Below are positions 1 through 12,800 of a DNA stretch of 64,000 nt, piece by piece. The position numbers and the translations under genes were made by a program. Within the stretch, counting starts at the first letter, position 1, and each line of letters starts with the position of its first letter. The notes beneath the pieces were generated by a model, which was not told where the DNA came from, did no database searches, and saw only the letters and a program-made list of their open reading frames with translations. Source of the stretch: Diadema antillarum (lineage: Eukaryota). Location: the NCBI RefSeq assembly GCF_040938485.1, contig NW_027272210.1, forward strand, positions 1 through 64,000, read 5' to 3'.

Positions 1-670
1 AAATCTTGATCTTCAATGCAATGCCATGGTGTTCCATACTTTCACTAACTGTAACATGACAATAGATAGCATGGAAATGAGTCTCGGGATCAGGGACTGC
101 TACCAGAGATACCCACCAAGTTTGTGGCATGTAGAACCTACAAGATACACTCTTGTTCTTGTATAGCGTTCACACATGATGGAGCCACTCTACCGGGCTC
201 ACAGTACATTAGCATTCACTCTTGTAATTGTGTTATCACGTTTTGAGATTTCTTTTGTCTTTTCTTTTTTAGAAACGTGATCAGATATTTACATATCAGT
301 ATATAACCCAAGATCTTGTTAAAACTAGTATGTTGCACTTCCATTATGATGAACAGTTGTAAGGAAATTCTCATTACAACTAAATCAGAATTCAGGTCCC
401 AAAATTACATCTACATATCTTTATACACGATACTGTTCGGTTAGGAAATATTTTTTTTTTTGTAATGAATGAAAACTGCCGGTTCTGAGGACTTCATTAT
501 AATGGGAGTACACAACTCACTAGTAAACATGAACTGTGCAGGTACAGTACTGAAAGCTGACATCATCAAAATAGTGAGGGTGCAAATGATTCCAGAGAAG
601 AAACTGACACAACAAAGACTGTAAAACATCGCTAGAATGGAGTGGTAAGCACACAACCACAAATCACCCA

Positions 671-1894
671 TTTTTATGCCTCCGCCACGAAGTGGTGCCG
701 GAGGCANNNNNNNNNNNNNNNNNNNNNNNNNNNNNNNNNNNNNNNNNNNNNNNNNNNNNNNNNNNNNNNNNNNNNNNNNNNNNNNNNNNNNNNNNNNNNN
801 NNNNNNNNNNNNNNNNNNNNNNNNNNNNNNNNNNNNNTGAATTTTGTGGACAGGGTAACTACCAAAACCTTTTGAGGTATCCTAATGAAACTTGGCATGT
901 ATGTGTATTAGGGGGTGAAGTTGTGCCTATCAACTTTTGGGTGCACATGCTCAAGGTCAAAGGTCAAAAGGTCAAGGTCAAATGCTTAAAATTTTACTAT
1001 TTCCCCCATATCTATGCAATGCCTGAAGATATTTTCTTGAAACTAGTGTATACATGTACTACCCAATTAAGATTCTCTGGTGAAAGTTTGGGGTCATGAG
1101 GTCAAAAGGTCAAAGGTGAAAAGGTCAAGTAAAATGTTAAAATTTCACTTTTTTCTCTGTATCTTGGAAATTGTTCAAGGTATCTTCATGGAACATAGTG
1201 TATATGCATCTACTGACTGGCAGTGGTTATCTAGGGAATTTAGGGTTCATGGGGTCAAAGGTCAGTGGTCAAAGGTCAAGGGCAATACTTCAAAATCTTA
1301 CTATTTTCCTCATATTTGAATGCAATGCCAGCAGGATATTTTTTTTTTTATTTAAACTTGATGTATGCATGTCTAACCCAATAGAGATTCTCTGGGATTT
1401 TTTTTTTTGCCAAGAAGGTCAAAGGTCAAAAGGTCAAAGATCAAGTGAAAGTGCTGAACTTACTTTTTTCTCCATATCTCGGAAGTGGCTCAAGTTATCT
1501 TGAAACTTAGTACATGCTGAATTTATGTATGTTCTGCCTGACAGTGCTTCTCTTATAAATCAAAGGCCAGATGAAAGTAATAACAATTTACTGTTCAATA
1601 CAGAAATTGCGCTTTTTCTCCATACCTTGAAAATTACTCAGTGCATAAACTTATGAAATGGTCAAAGTCAAGTTAAAGTTCTTAAATCCCCAAATACATG
1701 CTCTCCTATTCATCCAATTAAACATAGGTCAAGGAAGGTAAACATGCAATACATTTGTGACAAACATGTCATTTTAATATTTTGCCAATTTTGTGAAAAT
1801 GCAATCACACATTGTCCACATGTACTATAGACCTATTAGGAGAATCATGCATTATGGCGGAGGCATACCAGTCGCCATAGCGACATTTCTAGTT
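671..1894 (-). mobile_element. Helentron-associated (HINE/DINE-1-like) non-autonomous element, reverse copy
   Basis: Terminal hairpin TGCCTCCGCCACGAAGTGGTGCCGGAGGCA (677-706); sub-terminal inverted motif GGCGGAGGCATA near 1856; AGGTCAA core repeats; both ends match the copy at 14507-15831; contains the N gap. Confidence 0.7.
707..837. other. Assembly gap / masked run (131 N)
   Basis: N run. Confidence 0.99.
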
Positions 1895-2554
1895 CTGGCT
1901 ATTATCCCAAGAAGATCTCGCGTTCAAAATCATAAGGTGTGTGCGCTGTGCATGGTCAGTGTTACCAATGCTAGAGATGAAATTATGCCCGAGACCGACC
2001 CAAAAAGTCTACGAAATTATGAAACGAGCTTAATAGCAAGACAAAAGAAACATTGAAACAAAAGCTGTCCTGTTACATTGAAAGACTGAGACCCACTACA
2101 TTTGTATTGAACCAGGTGAGCCCACCTTTATTAGTGTAAAATAGAAACTGATGAGTGATGTTTTTATGACTTCTTTTGTAATCACTGTGAAGACATGAAG
2201 ACAGTCATCCTACTTTAATAGTATCCACATTATATTCTCATAGTTAATTATTAATGGTTCTTATTTTGAAATTAAATTGATTGCCTAATGATTCTATTGT
2301 GTAACAATAGACCTGTTCTGGTCTTCCTTTGCCATAAATTAAGGTAGCTTGAAACCAACCAAACTCCTGCATGAAACTAAGGCAAGCTTTAATTACAGTT
2401 TTGTGATTAAAACAAAAACAAAAAAGAAGGAATGATGTGATTAGTGATGACAAAAATCTCATTCTGGATTGATTTAGCTGCCCCAATCAAGCATGCTGGA
2501 GGCTATCTGAAGTGGCAGGTTGCATGCATGACATTTTATTGATAGGCATGCCCT

Positions 2555-2698
2555 GGGAGCATTTTATGAAACCTTTTGTCAGATATTTTTTCTGACGAAC
2601 TGTTATAAGCTACTGAAATCCTTGCATCCGGGTGGCTGAGTAGAGAGCAAATGTGTCCAACAAATTTGCTGGATGAAATGCTTCATGAAATGCCCCCC
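2555..2698. mobile_element. PIF/Harbinger-type MITE (decayed)
   Basis: Colinear with 57246-57384 (TTTTGTCAGATATTT..GCTA..GAAATCCTTGCA..CATGAAATGCCCC). Confidence 0.62.
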
Positions 2699-2789
2699 CC
2701 CCCCCCCCCCCCCCCCCGAGCTCAAGCTTAATGACCTCAGGACAGATGGTTGTATGTGTGTTTGTAAGCAGCACAAATGTTTCAGCCAC

Positions 2790-3010
2790 TCCTTTGCTCT
2801 CTGCCCTGATCTATGGCATTGTTGGGTACGTGTAGCGTGATCTTGACCGCGCCCGTGATTAACATCGGGCAAGGCGTTCTTCTCCTGGTCGAGTGGAGAT
2901 GTTGCACATCACAGCCCTGGCTTGCATTGTAATGATGAGAGACTGGCAACGGGTCATTCCTAAGTCCATGACCTAGATTTGTAGACAATTTACATTGCAT
3001 CCATGTCATC
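2790..3010 (-). pseudogene. Possible decayed Penelope-like GIY-YIG endonuclease C-terminal fragment
   Basis: Minus-frame LRNDPLPVSHHYNASQGCDVQHL resembles the PVAxHFN motif of Penelope-like element endonucleases; weak. Confidence 0.25.
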
Positions 3011-5489
3011 ACAACTCACCATTTTGCAGCAGAATGGAGAAACTGCATGTAGTAGGCAGGTGCTAATGAGCATCTAAGCCATATTGATAAACATTTCAGC
3101 AGGGTTGTGAAATTTTCACTGATTACTACAAATGCATGTCAGGTTTCATACAGCAATTTTATTTGCTGTCATCTGAGAAGTTGGAAGTTATGGCTGATAG
3201 ATTGTAATCAATTAAAAGTTTCTATGTACCCAGTAATTGTGGGAAGGCATAATCCTGGATTTTTTTTTTCTCCTAGTAAAGTAGTATCTGGTGATTATAA
3301 GTCACAAGTGACTTGTGTTTGTGTGTTACTAACTTAATCTTTGTATTTCCCATGTGACATGTTGTCTAAGTGAAATCTTGCATAATGTGTTGATAATTCA
3401 GAACCGTGATTTGAATACAGTGTCGTTGTAGACTATACCAGTTTTTGGATCATTGGCCATCATAGATATTTAATCTGAGGCTAAATCCATTTATTTTTTG
3501 GCAAGCAATGCGTACTTTTGGCAATTAGATATTGTGTTCGACACATTTACAATGATTTGACTTTGGTCAGTTCATCAGCTGTGATAATAATGTTTCCACT
3601 GAACAAATTAAGGAAACAGGCACTACCACAAGAAGTGGACATCAAATATCCAAAGCCTGTTTTCCTTTCATGCAATGCTTCACAATTGCATTCGATCCTC
3701 TCCAAACCCCTGCTGTGGATATTCTCCCAACTCCACAACGTCACCATGCAATAGTTATGAGGCATGCCCAATTATCCTACCATCTAGCTGCAACATCAAG
3801 TGGATCTTTTGTTTATCAGATTCCTTTTTTTTTTCAAACACATTAAACACTATCTTCTTAAAAATACAACAACTAACACAAAACACCCTTCTCCTCTTAT
3901 GATGACACAAGAGAGGGGTATGGAGCAGAACAGCTCCTTGAAATCCACAAAGGGCATTGATTCTCCTCTACCCTATTGAGGAGGGATTTACGCAGTGGAT
4001 TCAGAGGAAAGGGAGCTCTTCTATTCATGGGCACCAAGCGTGATCCGGGATGAATGCCAGAAAGTAGTTAGACCAGCTCTGTTAATGAAAAGGCCTTCAT
4101 GGGCTCTGCCACTGCTAAAGAAGCATATCCAGTGTACATGTAAATTTATAGGTCATTCTGTTCTCTCAGTTTGGGCCTAACACTGTTCTGGTAAGAGGTT
4201 TTCCTCTGTCACACAAACCTAGGAAATACCAAGAAGCATTTACCAGGTATTCTTTCTCGGGAATTGGTTATCGTCAGGTAGTGACAGTTCCAGAGTGGCC
4301 TGTGACATGGCACACTGGTGATTGGCTCATTGTGGATGTATAGTTTCATGAGTTGTGCTACCATTCCTCATAGGGTAGTATTGAAGAACCTCGTTCACTT
4401 CACAAGTAAGTACAATATTCCACTGCTTCATGTTTTACACTATTCATCCCCCCCAAACATGTATGACTTCGAGCTATCGACACCATTGTTACACATTGTG
4501 AATATTGATTTGATTAAAGGTGTAATATCTGAAATTCAGCTCTTGTCCTATACATGTACACATGATGATGTATAATGTGACTTTTATTATTTGCATGTAG
4601 TAACATTTCTTTTTGTAATGTTACATTTGTAAGGATCCCATTTGTGAAATAATCACGACGTAAGAGCGGAAACACAAAATTAGATGGCCTACAAGACTTG
4701 GGAGGGAAAGTGAAGTTTATTAAGGATTTGTCCATGTAATAAGATCCTCTCTACAACTAATGATTCTGAGTGATAGGGTACATGTACCAACAAATGATTT
4801 TATATCAAAAGAAATTATCATTTACAGTCTTATTATATAATAACAGACCAGCGTGGGAGTGGAGTTAATACACCAATCCTGTTAACTCACCAGTAAATGC
4901 AATACAAGTTCTTTACACTCATGTGTGTATGTGTGTATGTTTGTTTGTTTTTGGTTTTGTTTTTTTTTTCATTTTGTGTACATGTTCTCAGCTTTATAGT
5001 TTTTTGTTCTTTCCATAAGTTTGTGTTCCTTGGTGTAGTTTGCACTTTGCATGCCTCATCTTTGTTTGCTATACATCCTAAATAATACATGTGTAACTCT
5101 GATATTTGTAGTATCTTTTTCCTGTATCTGTGTTTATGCAGAATCACATAACTGACCACAGATTATTCAAAGGACACTTTAATACTAATAGTGCATCTGT
5201 ATCATATGAGTGAAAGGCTTATTGTAGGAAATTGGTTTACTTCCTTGCAATGTTCATATTTCATGTGCAGTGTATAAACTTCAGAAAGTGTGCCTCAGTT
5301 CTTTTGATAACATTAACAATTATATCTTTATGTCTTGTTTTCAATTTCAGAGACTAGAGTGATGCAGGATGAGGACTTTACATGATGGAAACAGAATATG
5401 GTGATATAAATCATCTCATCTTGCATTTAGGGATATAACACCAGCGCAGTGTTTCTTTCAGCAGGGCAAAGCGTTCGAGGATAAAAATT

Positions 5490-6893
5490 ATGGAGAGCTC
5501 TGGTGACAAGCCTGAAGGCTTGTCCCAAGTGTCAGCTGATCCTAACGTGAGACTCACCAGGTCGTTTGAAGAGGAGGAGGAGGAGGATGCGTGGATGCGG
5601 GATTCCACACTGTCCCTGGAAGATGAAGAGGAGGAGGAGAGGGACAGATTGATGCCCTTCGGTCTGAACCAGTCATGGCCGAGGGCATCTGCTGCATCCT
5701 TGCAGCCCAAGTCAGCTCCCGTGCCGAGAGAGAGGAAACTCCTGAGGCAAATCAGTCAGGAGTCTCTGGATGAGTCCACTAACCTGCTCATTGATCACGT
5801 TGTCATGCTCCCGGACCTGCCAAAGGCGCAGGCAGTGCAACCACACTTGATTCTTTCATCTCTACCACTGGAAGGTGATGATTGCATCGGGGAGGAAGAA
5901 GAGGGGGAGGGGGAGGAGAAGACTCATGCTGCTGTGTTCAAGCCAGTAATGGAAGCAAGGTCAGTAGTCGCAGATGACAATGGAAATAATGCTAGTGATG
6001 AAGTCAAGCATGGTGCTGAAGCTAAGACTCAGGTCACAGATAGTAGTCAACATCATATTCTCCAAAATAGTGAAGAGATAGATCCACGTTTAAGTCATTC
6101 CCACAGTTCAGAATATGATACAACAGAAGAAAATTCATGTAAAGCCATAGAACAAAGCATAGATAGCATAGCTTTAGCTGAAGGGGAAGAGTTTCAAGAT
6201 GCAAAGACAACAGAAAACACTAGCTCTGTAAAATCACTACCTCTAGAAGCATGGATAAGCAAGGATCAGGAAAGTCACAGTGCAGCCAAAATAGATGCAG
6301 AAACTGAAGATGTGAGCAGTGAAAGGGCCACATTTGAGTCACTGAATTCTATGCAACCAGCAGAGGAAAACCTACAGGAGGAGACTAATTCAGGTGTATA
6401 CCAAAGTCACCATGACCATATCATCATTGACACACCCAAGGAGATTCCCCAGGATCTTGGTCTCCTGGGCAGAAGTGAGCAGACAGTAATCGACGACCCG
6501 GCCGGCGTGAAGAAGAAGTACCCTCCCACAGTCAGGAAGAAACCTCCGCTCCTGAGGAAGGTAAGCCAGGAATCGATCGAAGAGTCCACCAACCTCCTGC
6601 TGGATCACATCGTCGTGATGGACCTCCATCAGGAGCAGGAGATGATGGACGAGGATGATGAGGATGCCCAAAGAAGATGTCCATTCTTGGTAGATATAAA
6701 GGAGACACCCCTCCTTAGGGATGATGATGATGGGGGGCTAGAAGAGGAATTGGAAGAACGATTCATCTACAGAGGAGAAGTTGACAGTTGCGATGAGGAG
6801 GAGGAAGGGACTTGGGAATGCTTGCCTTCCAGTGATTTAACCAAAGTGACCACTGCTTCGATCATTTCTGACCAGGCTGCAAGCACTCTGCAG
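5490..6893 (+). CDS. FBXL coding exon 1 (giant acidic exon)
   Basis: 468 open codons from ATG 5490; donor CAG|GTGAAT at 6894; phase 0. Confidence 0.75.
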
Positions 6894-9800
6894 GTGAATA
6901 GCAAAGTTTCCCATTAATCAGTCATGAAAATGTACAAGCGCTTTTTAATCCAATGTGGAGCTTTCAGTGACTTCACCCTGAAGAAGAATGGACTGCCTGA
7001 CTTAAAACAATCTTGAAAGGATGCTCACAAGAAATTATTTCGTGAGAAAATTGGCAATCCTATTATTTGTTGTAGAAAATAGTGCACCCTCCTATCTTCT
7101 TGATCCCACTTTGTGCCCTTGCATGCGCATGTCTATATTGGGATGGGTTATGTTTTTCATCTAAACTTTTCTGATTACATTTGTTTGAAAAGTATAGTTT
7201 ATCATTCTTGCATTGATGGGAATATTCATATCCTTTGACAGGGATTACAATAGGCATTGTATGGTGGAGGTAACCTGCCAATTTATATAATATCATTAAT
7301 TCAATCACTGAAAGAAAAAACTCACTAATTCAATTAATTTTTGTTAAAACATGAAGCATGACAACCAATTTCCAATTCCAATTGTTGAAAATCATGCAAG
7401 GACACTTGACTTTCACAAGTTGAATGCTTTAATCTTCAAATCTGTACACACTGAACTGTCATCAAACTTGGTGCATAAATGATGCACATATTTCACAATG
7501 TACAGATTTGCTTTGGGCAATCTGGATATGTAGGTGTGTAGGCACAATCTCGTGAACGTTATGTTCAAAGGGCTAAGCGATATTTCTTGATTGCACTGTT
7601 CACATATACAGACTGATGATATACCATCATGATGTCAGGTGTAGGCCTACCAGTAATAAATGATGAGTGCTATTTGCATTTGTATGCACTGGAATAAAAT
7701 GGAATATTTAGAAATGAGGCCAGAGTTTTAAGAAGCAGTCATATCATATATGGTAAAGCTGTGCATGCAATCATGACAAAGATTGGATAAGATATCATTT
7801 TTACAGCAAACTATCGTAAATGTATGTTACCTTAATGAAATGATACTTTTAAATAGAAATTGAAAAGAGAAGAAGAAATGAGAGATGGACCACTTCAATT
7901 TTGCAGGAAATAGACCTGATACGGGTAGACCTGGATGATGCAATTCGCGATTTTCAGAATCTGAAACACGAGTTTCCCGATCGATGCGCTGACTTTGAGG
8001 GTATGCAATTCCTCAAGGATCAGGAGTGTGTCAGAGATGGTTTCACTGACATTTTGCAGGACGATCAGGACAGCGAGTCAGATGAGAGCGCCTGCTGCTT
8101 CAGCCGAATCCCTGAGGAGATTGTTCTCCACATCTTCAAGTACTTGTCCCGAACGGAACTATGCACGTCGGTGGCACCCGTTTGCAAGGCGTGGCACCAC
8201 CTGGCCCTGGACCCGCTGCTCTGGCAGCACCTGGACTTCTCCAGCAGGACCAGCATCCACCCGGAGGTGATGCGGGCGGTCCTCCGGAGGTGCCCACTCC
8301 TGCAGAGCGTGACCTTCCATGGCCGCGACGAGGTGAGCGCCTCGGAGATACAGGCGCTTGTCGAATACTGCCCCGGCGTCCGCGAAATCGACCTCGGCTT
8401 TGTCAGCAGCGTCCACGACGCCATGTTCAGCACCCTCATCAGCGGCTGTCCCATGCTCACGTCGATCAATGTTGAGGGCTGTGACCAAATCACTGATAGC
8501 CTCATCTCAAGGCTCATCTTGCTGCCAAGGCTCAAGACACTGAACCTGTCTCACTGCACGAAGCTGACGGACGAAGCAGTGTTTGAGATTGCCAAATTTT
8601 TTGATCATCTGGAGGAGCTGGACATCAATGGAATTCCATGGATAACTGACAGGTGAGTGAACCCTATGCCGGTACTCAGAGTTAATCTTTTCAGGCCTAA
8701 CATCTCAAAATGGCATTGACAATGTGTAAGAGCAGGTTGCCTCTAGTAATATGATGGTTAAAATGTGACAGAAAAGGCATGGTTTTTGAAAGATATTGTT
8801 CATCGTCTCTTATATTAAATACTTTTTATATTTGTCCTCCATTTTATTTACTCCATTTTCAATGTGAGGAGGTTTTGTAGCCTGCCTATTTCTCTTTTTT
8901 TTTGATGGTTTCTGTTTTTCTTAGTAGTTTCTGAAATGCTGTGTCTTTGGTCCTTTTGACCTATTTAATATGTTAGCAGGTATTGCAGACCTTTTGTTGT
9001 TCCTGTTTTCCTTCTCATTTGTAATGGACATGGATTTTCTGTAATTTTATAGGAAGGAATTTTTTAAAATCACAAATCACATCAAGTCAAATAGAAAGCC
9101 ATGCAAAGCAGTGCTGGAATGCCAAGTTACATAACTTACACATCTCCAAAATTATCACACTGCTTTATATATATTTCTGATTTCGTTCAAATTTTCACTG
9201 ATATACTGCTTGTATCCTGATTTACTGCATGATGAATTTCTGTAAGTAAAGGAAATAGATGCCTACAAGTGCGAGGTCTTTGAAATCTTTATTTCAACAC
9301 ATCTCAGGGCGGTGGAAATGCTCACTCAAGAGCGACAAGCCACTCTGCGCTGCCTGCGGCTGGACGGTGCCGAGTTGACCGATGTGTCTGTCCACCAAGC
9401 CATGCAGTGCCCCAACCTCAGCGAATTTGAAGTCTTCTTTTGCGAACAGCTGACTGATGACACACTGCAAAGCTTACGGGTAAGTGCATCTATCCATCCT
9501 TTGATGAAATAAATCGGTAATACATGTACAGGGAACTCCTGTCATAACGAAGTTCTGGGGACCGGCAGTTCTCTTTCGATGTATCGAAATTTTACTATAA
9601 CAGCTGAACACTGAAGTACACAAAGATTGTAGGCAATCATTTTGGGACATGAATTGTCGTTCTCTTGTTGTAACAACATTTTTGTGACAGCTGTATTTGT
9701 TATAATGATAGTGCAGTGTATAAAAGCAGAACTGGACTTCCCAGAAATATGATTTAATAATAATAATAATAATGATAAATAGAGAGACTCTTATTAAGCG

Positions 9801-12800
9801 TTCATTCTACCTAAAAAGATACTCATGCACTGTAGAATAAGAGTACATTATGTATCACAGAAGATATAAGAACAACAAACAAACAACTTAATATACATAC
9901 ATTGTTTGTTTCCCATTTGTCATTTATATTCAAACCATTCTTGTTAATCTTGCTTTTCTTAGTTTTACAAACATATCCTTACATATTAACCCTATTTTAA
10001 CTGGGCTATTTGAGACCAAGTTTTTACTGAGGGGGGTCAATTTGATGCCCCCCCCCCCCAGATCTCAGCCGCCGATCGCACGATCGCCTTAAAATGTGGC
10101 CTAGACATAGAGCCGGATGTCAACTACAAGATAACATGGTCATACAATAGAAAAATATTGACTTTTTATTTTGAATAAATTAATTATGCAAATTTATGCA
10201 TGAAATCATAGTTTCACCTGTAACTCCATTAAAAAGGCTGAATGATTGCTAAAGTTTTGTGTCAGAATTCCTCAAGAGACGTCAAACAATTTTCTTGTAA
10301 AAAAATAGCACAATCAAAATCAATTTCATTTGTTTTTTATTGTTTTGTTAATTTCTTATGTATTGTATTGTTTTTCCGACCTTTTGTTTTTCTATGGTTT
10401 TTTGGCCAGAATTTGTTGCAGGGACTCTTTCAAGCTTATCTACACTAAAATTGATTAATTTCTATGATTAAAAGCTGAAATAATCTAATTTATATCAATT
10501 TAACCCAAAAAACACAATTTGCATTTCATTTGCACATGATAACGTGAATTTGAGCTGTTTTCGGGTTGACATGCATATGCAAAACATTATGTAACTTCAG
10601 TGTCAAGGGGGGGGGGGTCAATTTAACTCCACCCCCCCCCCCCACCCCCCATAGGGTTAAGAAAGATGTGCATGTGTACAATTTGTATACCAGTGCAACA
10701 CATATCAAGTTGCATCCCATTTGTCTCATTACAAATACATTGTCCTTTTTGTCTTGTCCTTTGTTGAATCCATCCAGGACTGGGGCAACCCTGTCCACCT
10801 TCTGTTCCACAAGGGTAAGGAGTTCACAGAGTCGGCCCTGGCCAGCCTCTTCCTGTCCCCCCACCTGTCTGGCCTGACCTTCCTGGACCTGTCCGAGTGT
10901 TCGGAGCTCAAGGATCAAGGGCTCATAAATATTGCCCACAGGTGAGGATGTGTCTTCTTTACCCGGATGCATTGATTGATACTTTCTGCATCCATACTGG
11001 GCATTTACGGTACGGACGTGAAACTAAATTATTCAAAGGAAATTTAAATTGGAATTGAATGTAGCCATGAAAAAAGGTTAATCAGTAAGAAAATCAGAAT
11101 TAATGCAATTTTGTGTACCAAATCAGCAGAGCGTCCACAACTTGTGCCAAATTTGTTTAGATATTCTCAAATGATTGCTGTAGTTCTAAAAAGCAGTTAT
11201 TCCATGGCTAATCAAAGACAAGAAATCACTGATTGTTACCACTCATTGCAGAGTTACCTGTAATTGTACTGTCACCATCAGGAACGGCGCAGTGTTTTCA
11301 AAAGTGTGGCGGCCCACTTCCGGGTTTCATGAGCCAACAAAGTGATGACACCTTATGTATTCCTTTGTATGGTGCACAAAAAGTGTGGGGGCCCGAGACC
11401 CCACGGCCCCCACGGCTGCGCCGGCCCTGACCATAGTTTTATGCAACGGGGCCCTGGTCTCAGAGGCTGTGTGGGTGATTATCTCGTATCAGGGCAATTA
11501 CCCTCCTGAGGACAATTACCCTCTGGCTAAATACTGGTTAGTGATTAGGTATAGAGTATTAAAAGATTTGGGTTAGGATTAGGTTAAGGGTTAGAGTTTG
11601 GGTTAGGGTTAGGATTATGTTTAGGATTAGGATTAGGGTCAGAGGAAGGGTCTTGGGTAATTGGTAATTGTCCAGGGGGTAATTGCCCTAGAACCGATTA
11701 TCTGTGTAGAGATTTGGCCTCTGAAAATTTGTTTTCGTCATGAAATGCAATAAGATACCCGTACATCCTCTTGTGATGGGGTTTATGATTATGTGTGTGT
11801 GTGGGGGGGGGGGGGGGGGGGGGGGGAGGGGGGGGGGGCATAGCTTTCCAATGTATTCTTCCATTGGTGTAAAATCCACATTACCAGTGGCCAGCTATCT
11901 CCATTCTTCACAGGTGTCCGTATCTGAAACATCTCGCTGTGGAATGGTGCTGGTTCATCACAGACGTGGGACTAGTAGAAGTCTTGGACAACTGCAGGTA
12001 TAGTCTGTGTGATGTCTGCAGTGGCTTTAACATACATGCTAATTTTCATCTTTTTCATATTATTTGGGCACAGACAGAACACTGAGAAGGACATGCAAAA
12101 ATTGATTACTCCTATTATATACCAAGAATTGGTATTTCTGGGGAAAAAAAGAGAGGAAAATCATGATAATTGGTGACTTTTGTGTACAAACAGAATAGAG
12201 AGCTGCTAAACACCTAAATGTAAGTCACAGAGAGTTGCCAAGGAAGTTGTCTAAGGCGGTTCGTAAGGTGATTGTGTTTTTTTTTTTTTTCGGGAGGGGG
12301 GGGGGGGTGGTTTGCTTGTCCAATTTTCTCCCCAAAATTTTCTCCAATTTACATAATACCAAACATGTACCAGAATGGACTTTCCCTTTGATAAAGAGAA
12401 GTTTGGGTCTGTATCCTCAGGTACCTGGAACATCTGGATCTGCTTGGCCTCCATGCCATCCTGGGACACTGCCTTGCTGACATTCCTACCAAACTCCCGC
12501 AGCTGACCTACCTGGATCTCAGACAGTGCAATAGGGTAAGATTGGCTCTTTTAATCCTTTGTGTGTTTTGGGTGTCCATTGGCACAGTAGACCCCATAGC
12601 ACCACACACACTTTACAAAGTCCCTGCCACAGAAAGGGTTAATCATGGGAGACCATGACTTTATCCATAATGGCATCTTTGCCAACTTCTGTTAATTCTT
12701 CAATGATTTATTCAACTTTTGATTAAGGGGCAACCCCTTGAAGAAGAAAATAACCTTCTCTCTACTACAACATCAAGGGGGTGTTTCATAAAGCTTTTCT

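Noticed and set aside
3900-4330. GC-richer coding-looking stretch upstream of FBXL
   Set aside because: Short ORF with no recognisable motif and no phase-compatible link to the gene; possibly a decayed retroelement.
5401-5464. Mini-intron joining uORF MMETEY to the main FBXL ORF
   Set aside because: The donor is weak, and both NAGNAG acceptors give an out-of-frame product that stops at GGA TAA.
8065-8535. Long antisense ORFs over FBXL exon 2 and other GC-rich exons (e.g. 5411-5710, 33063-33479, 23259-23786, 60450-60761)
   Set aside because: Shadow frames of real codons or low-complexity DNA; no recognisable protein features.
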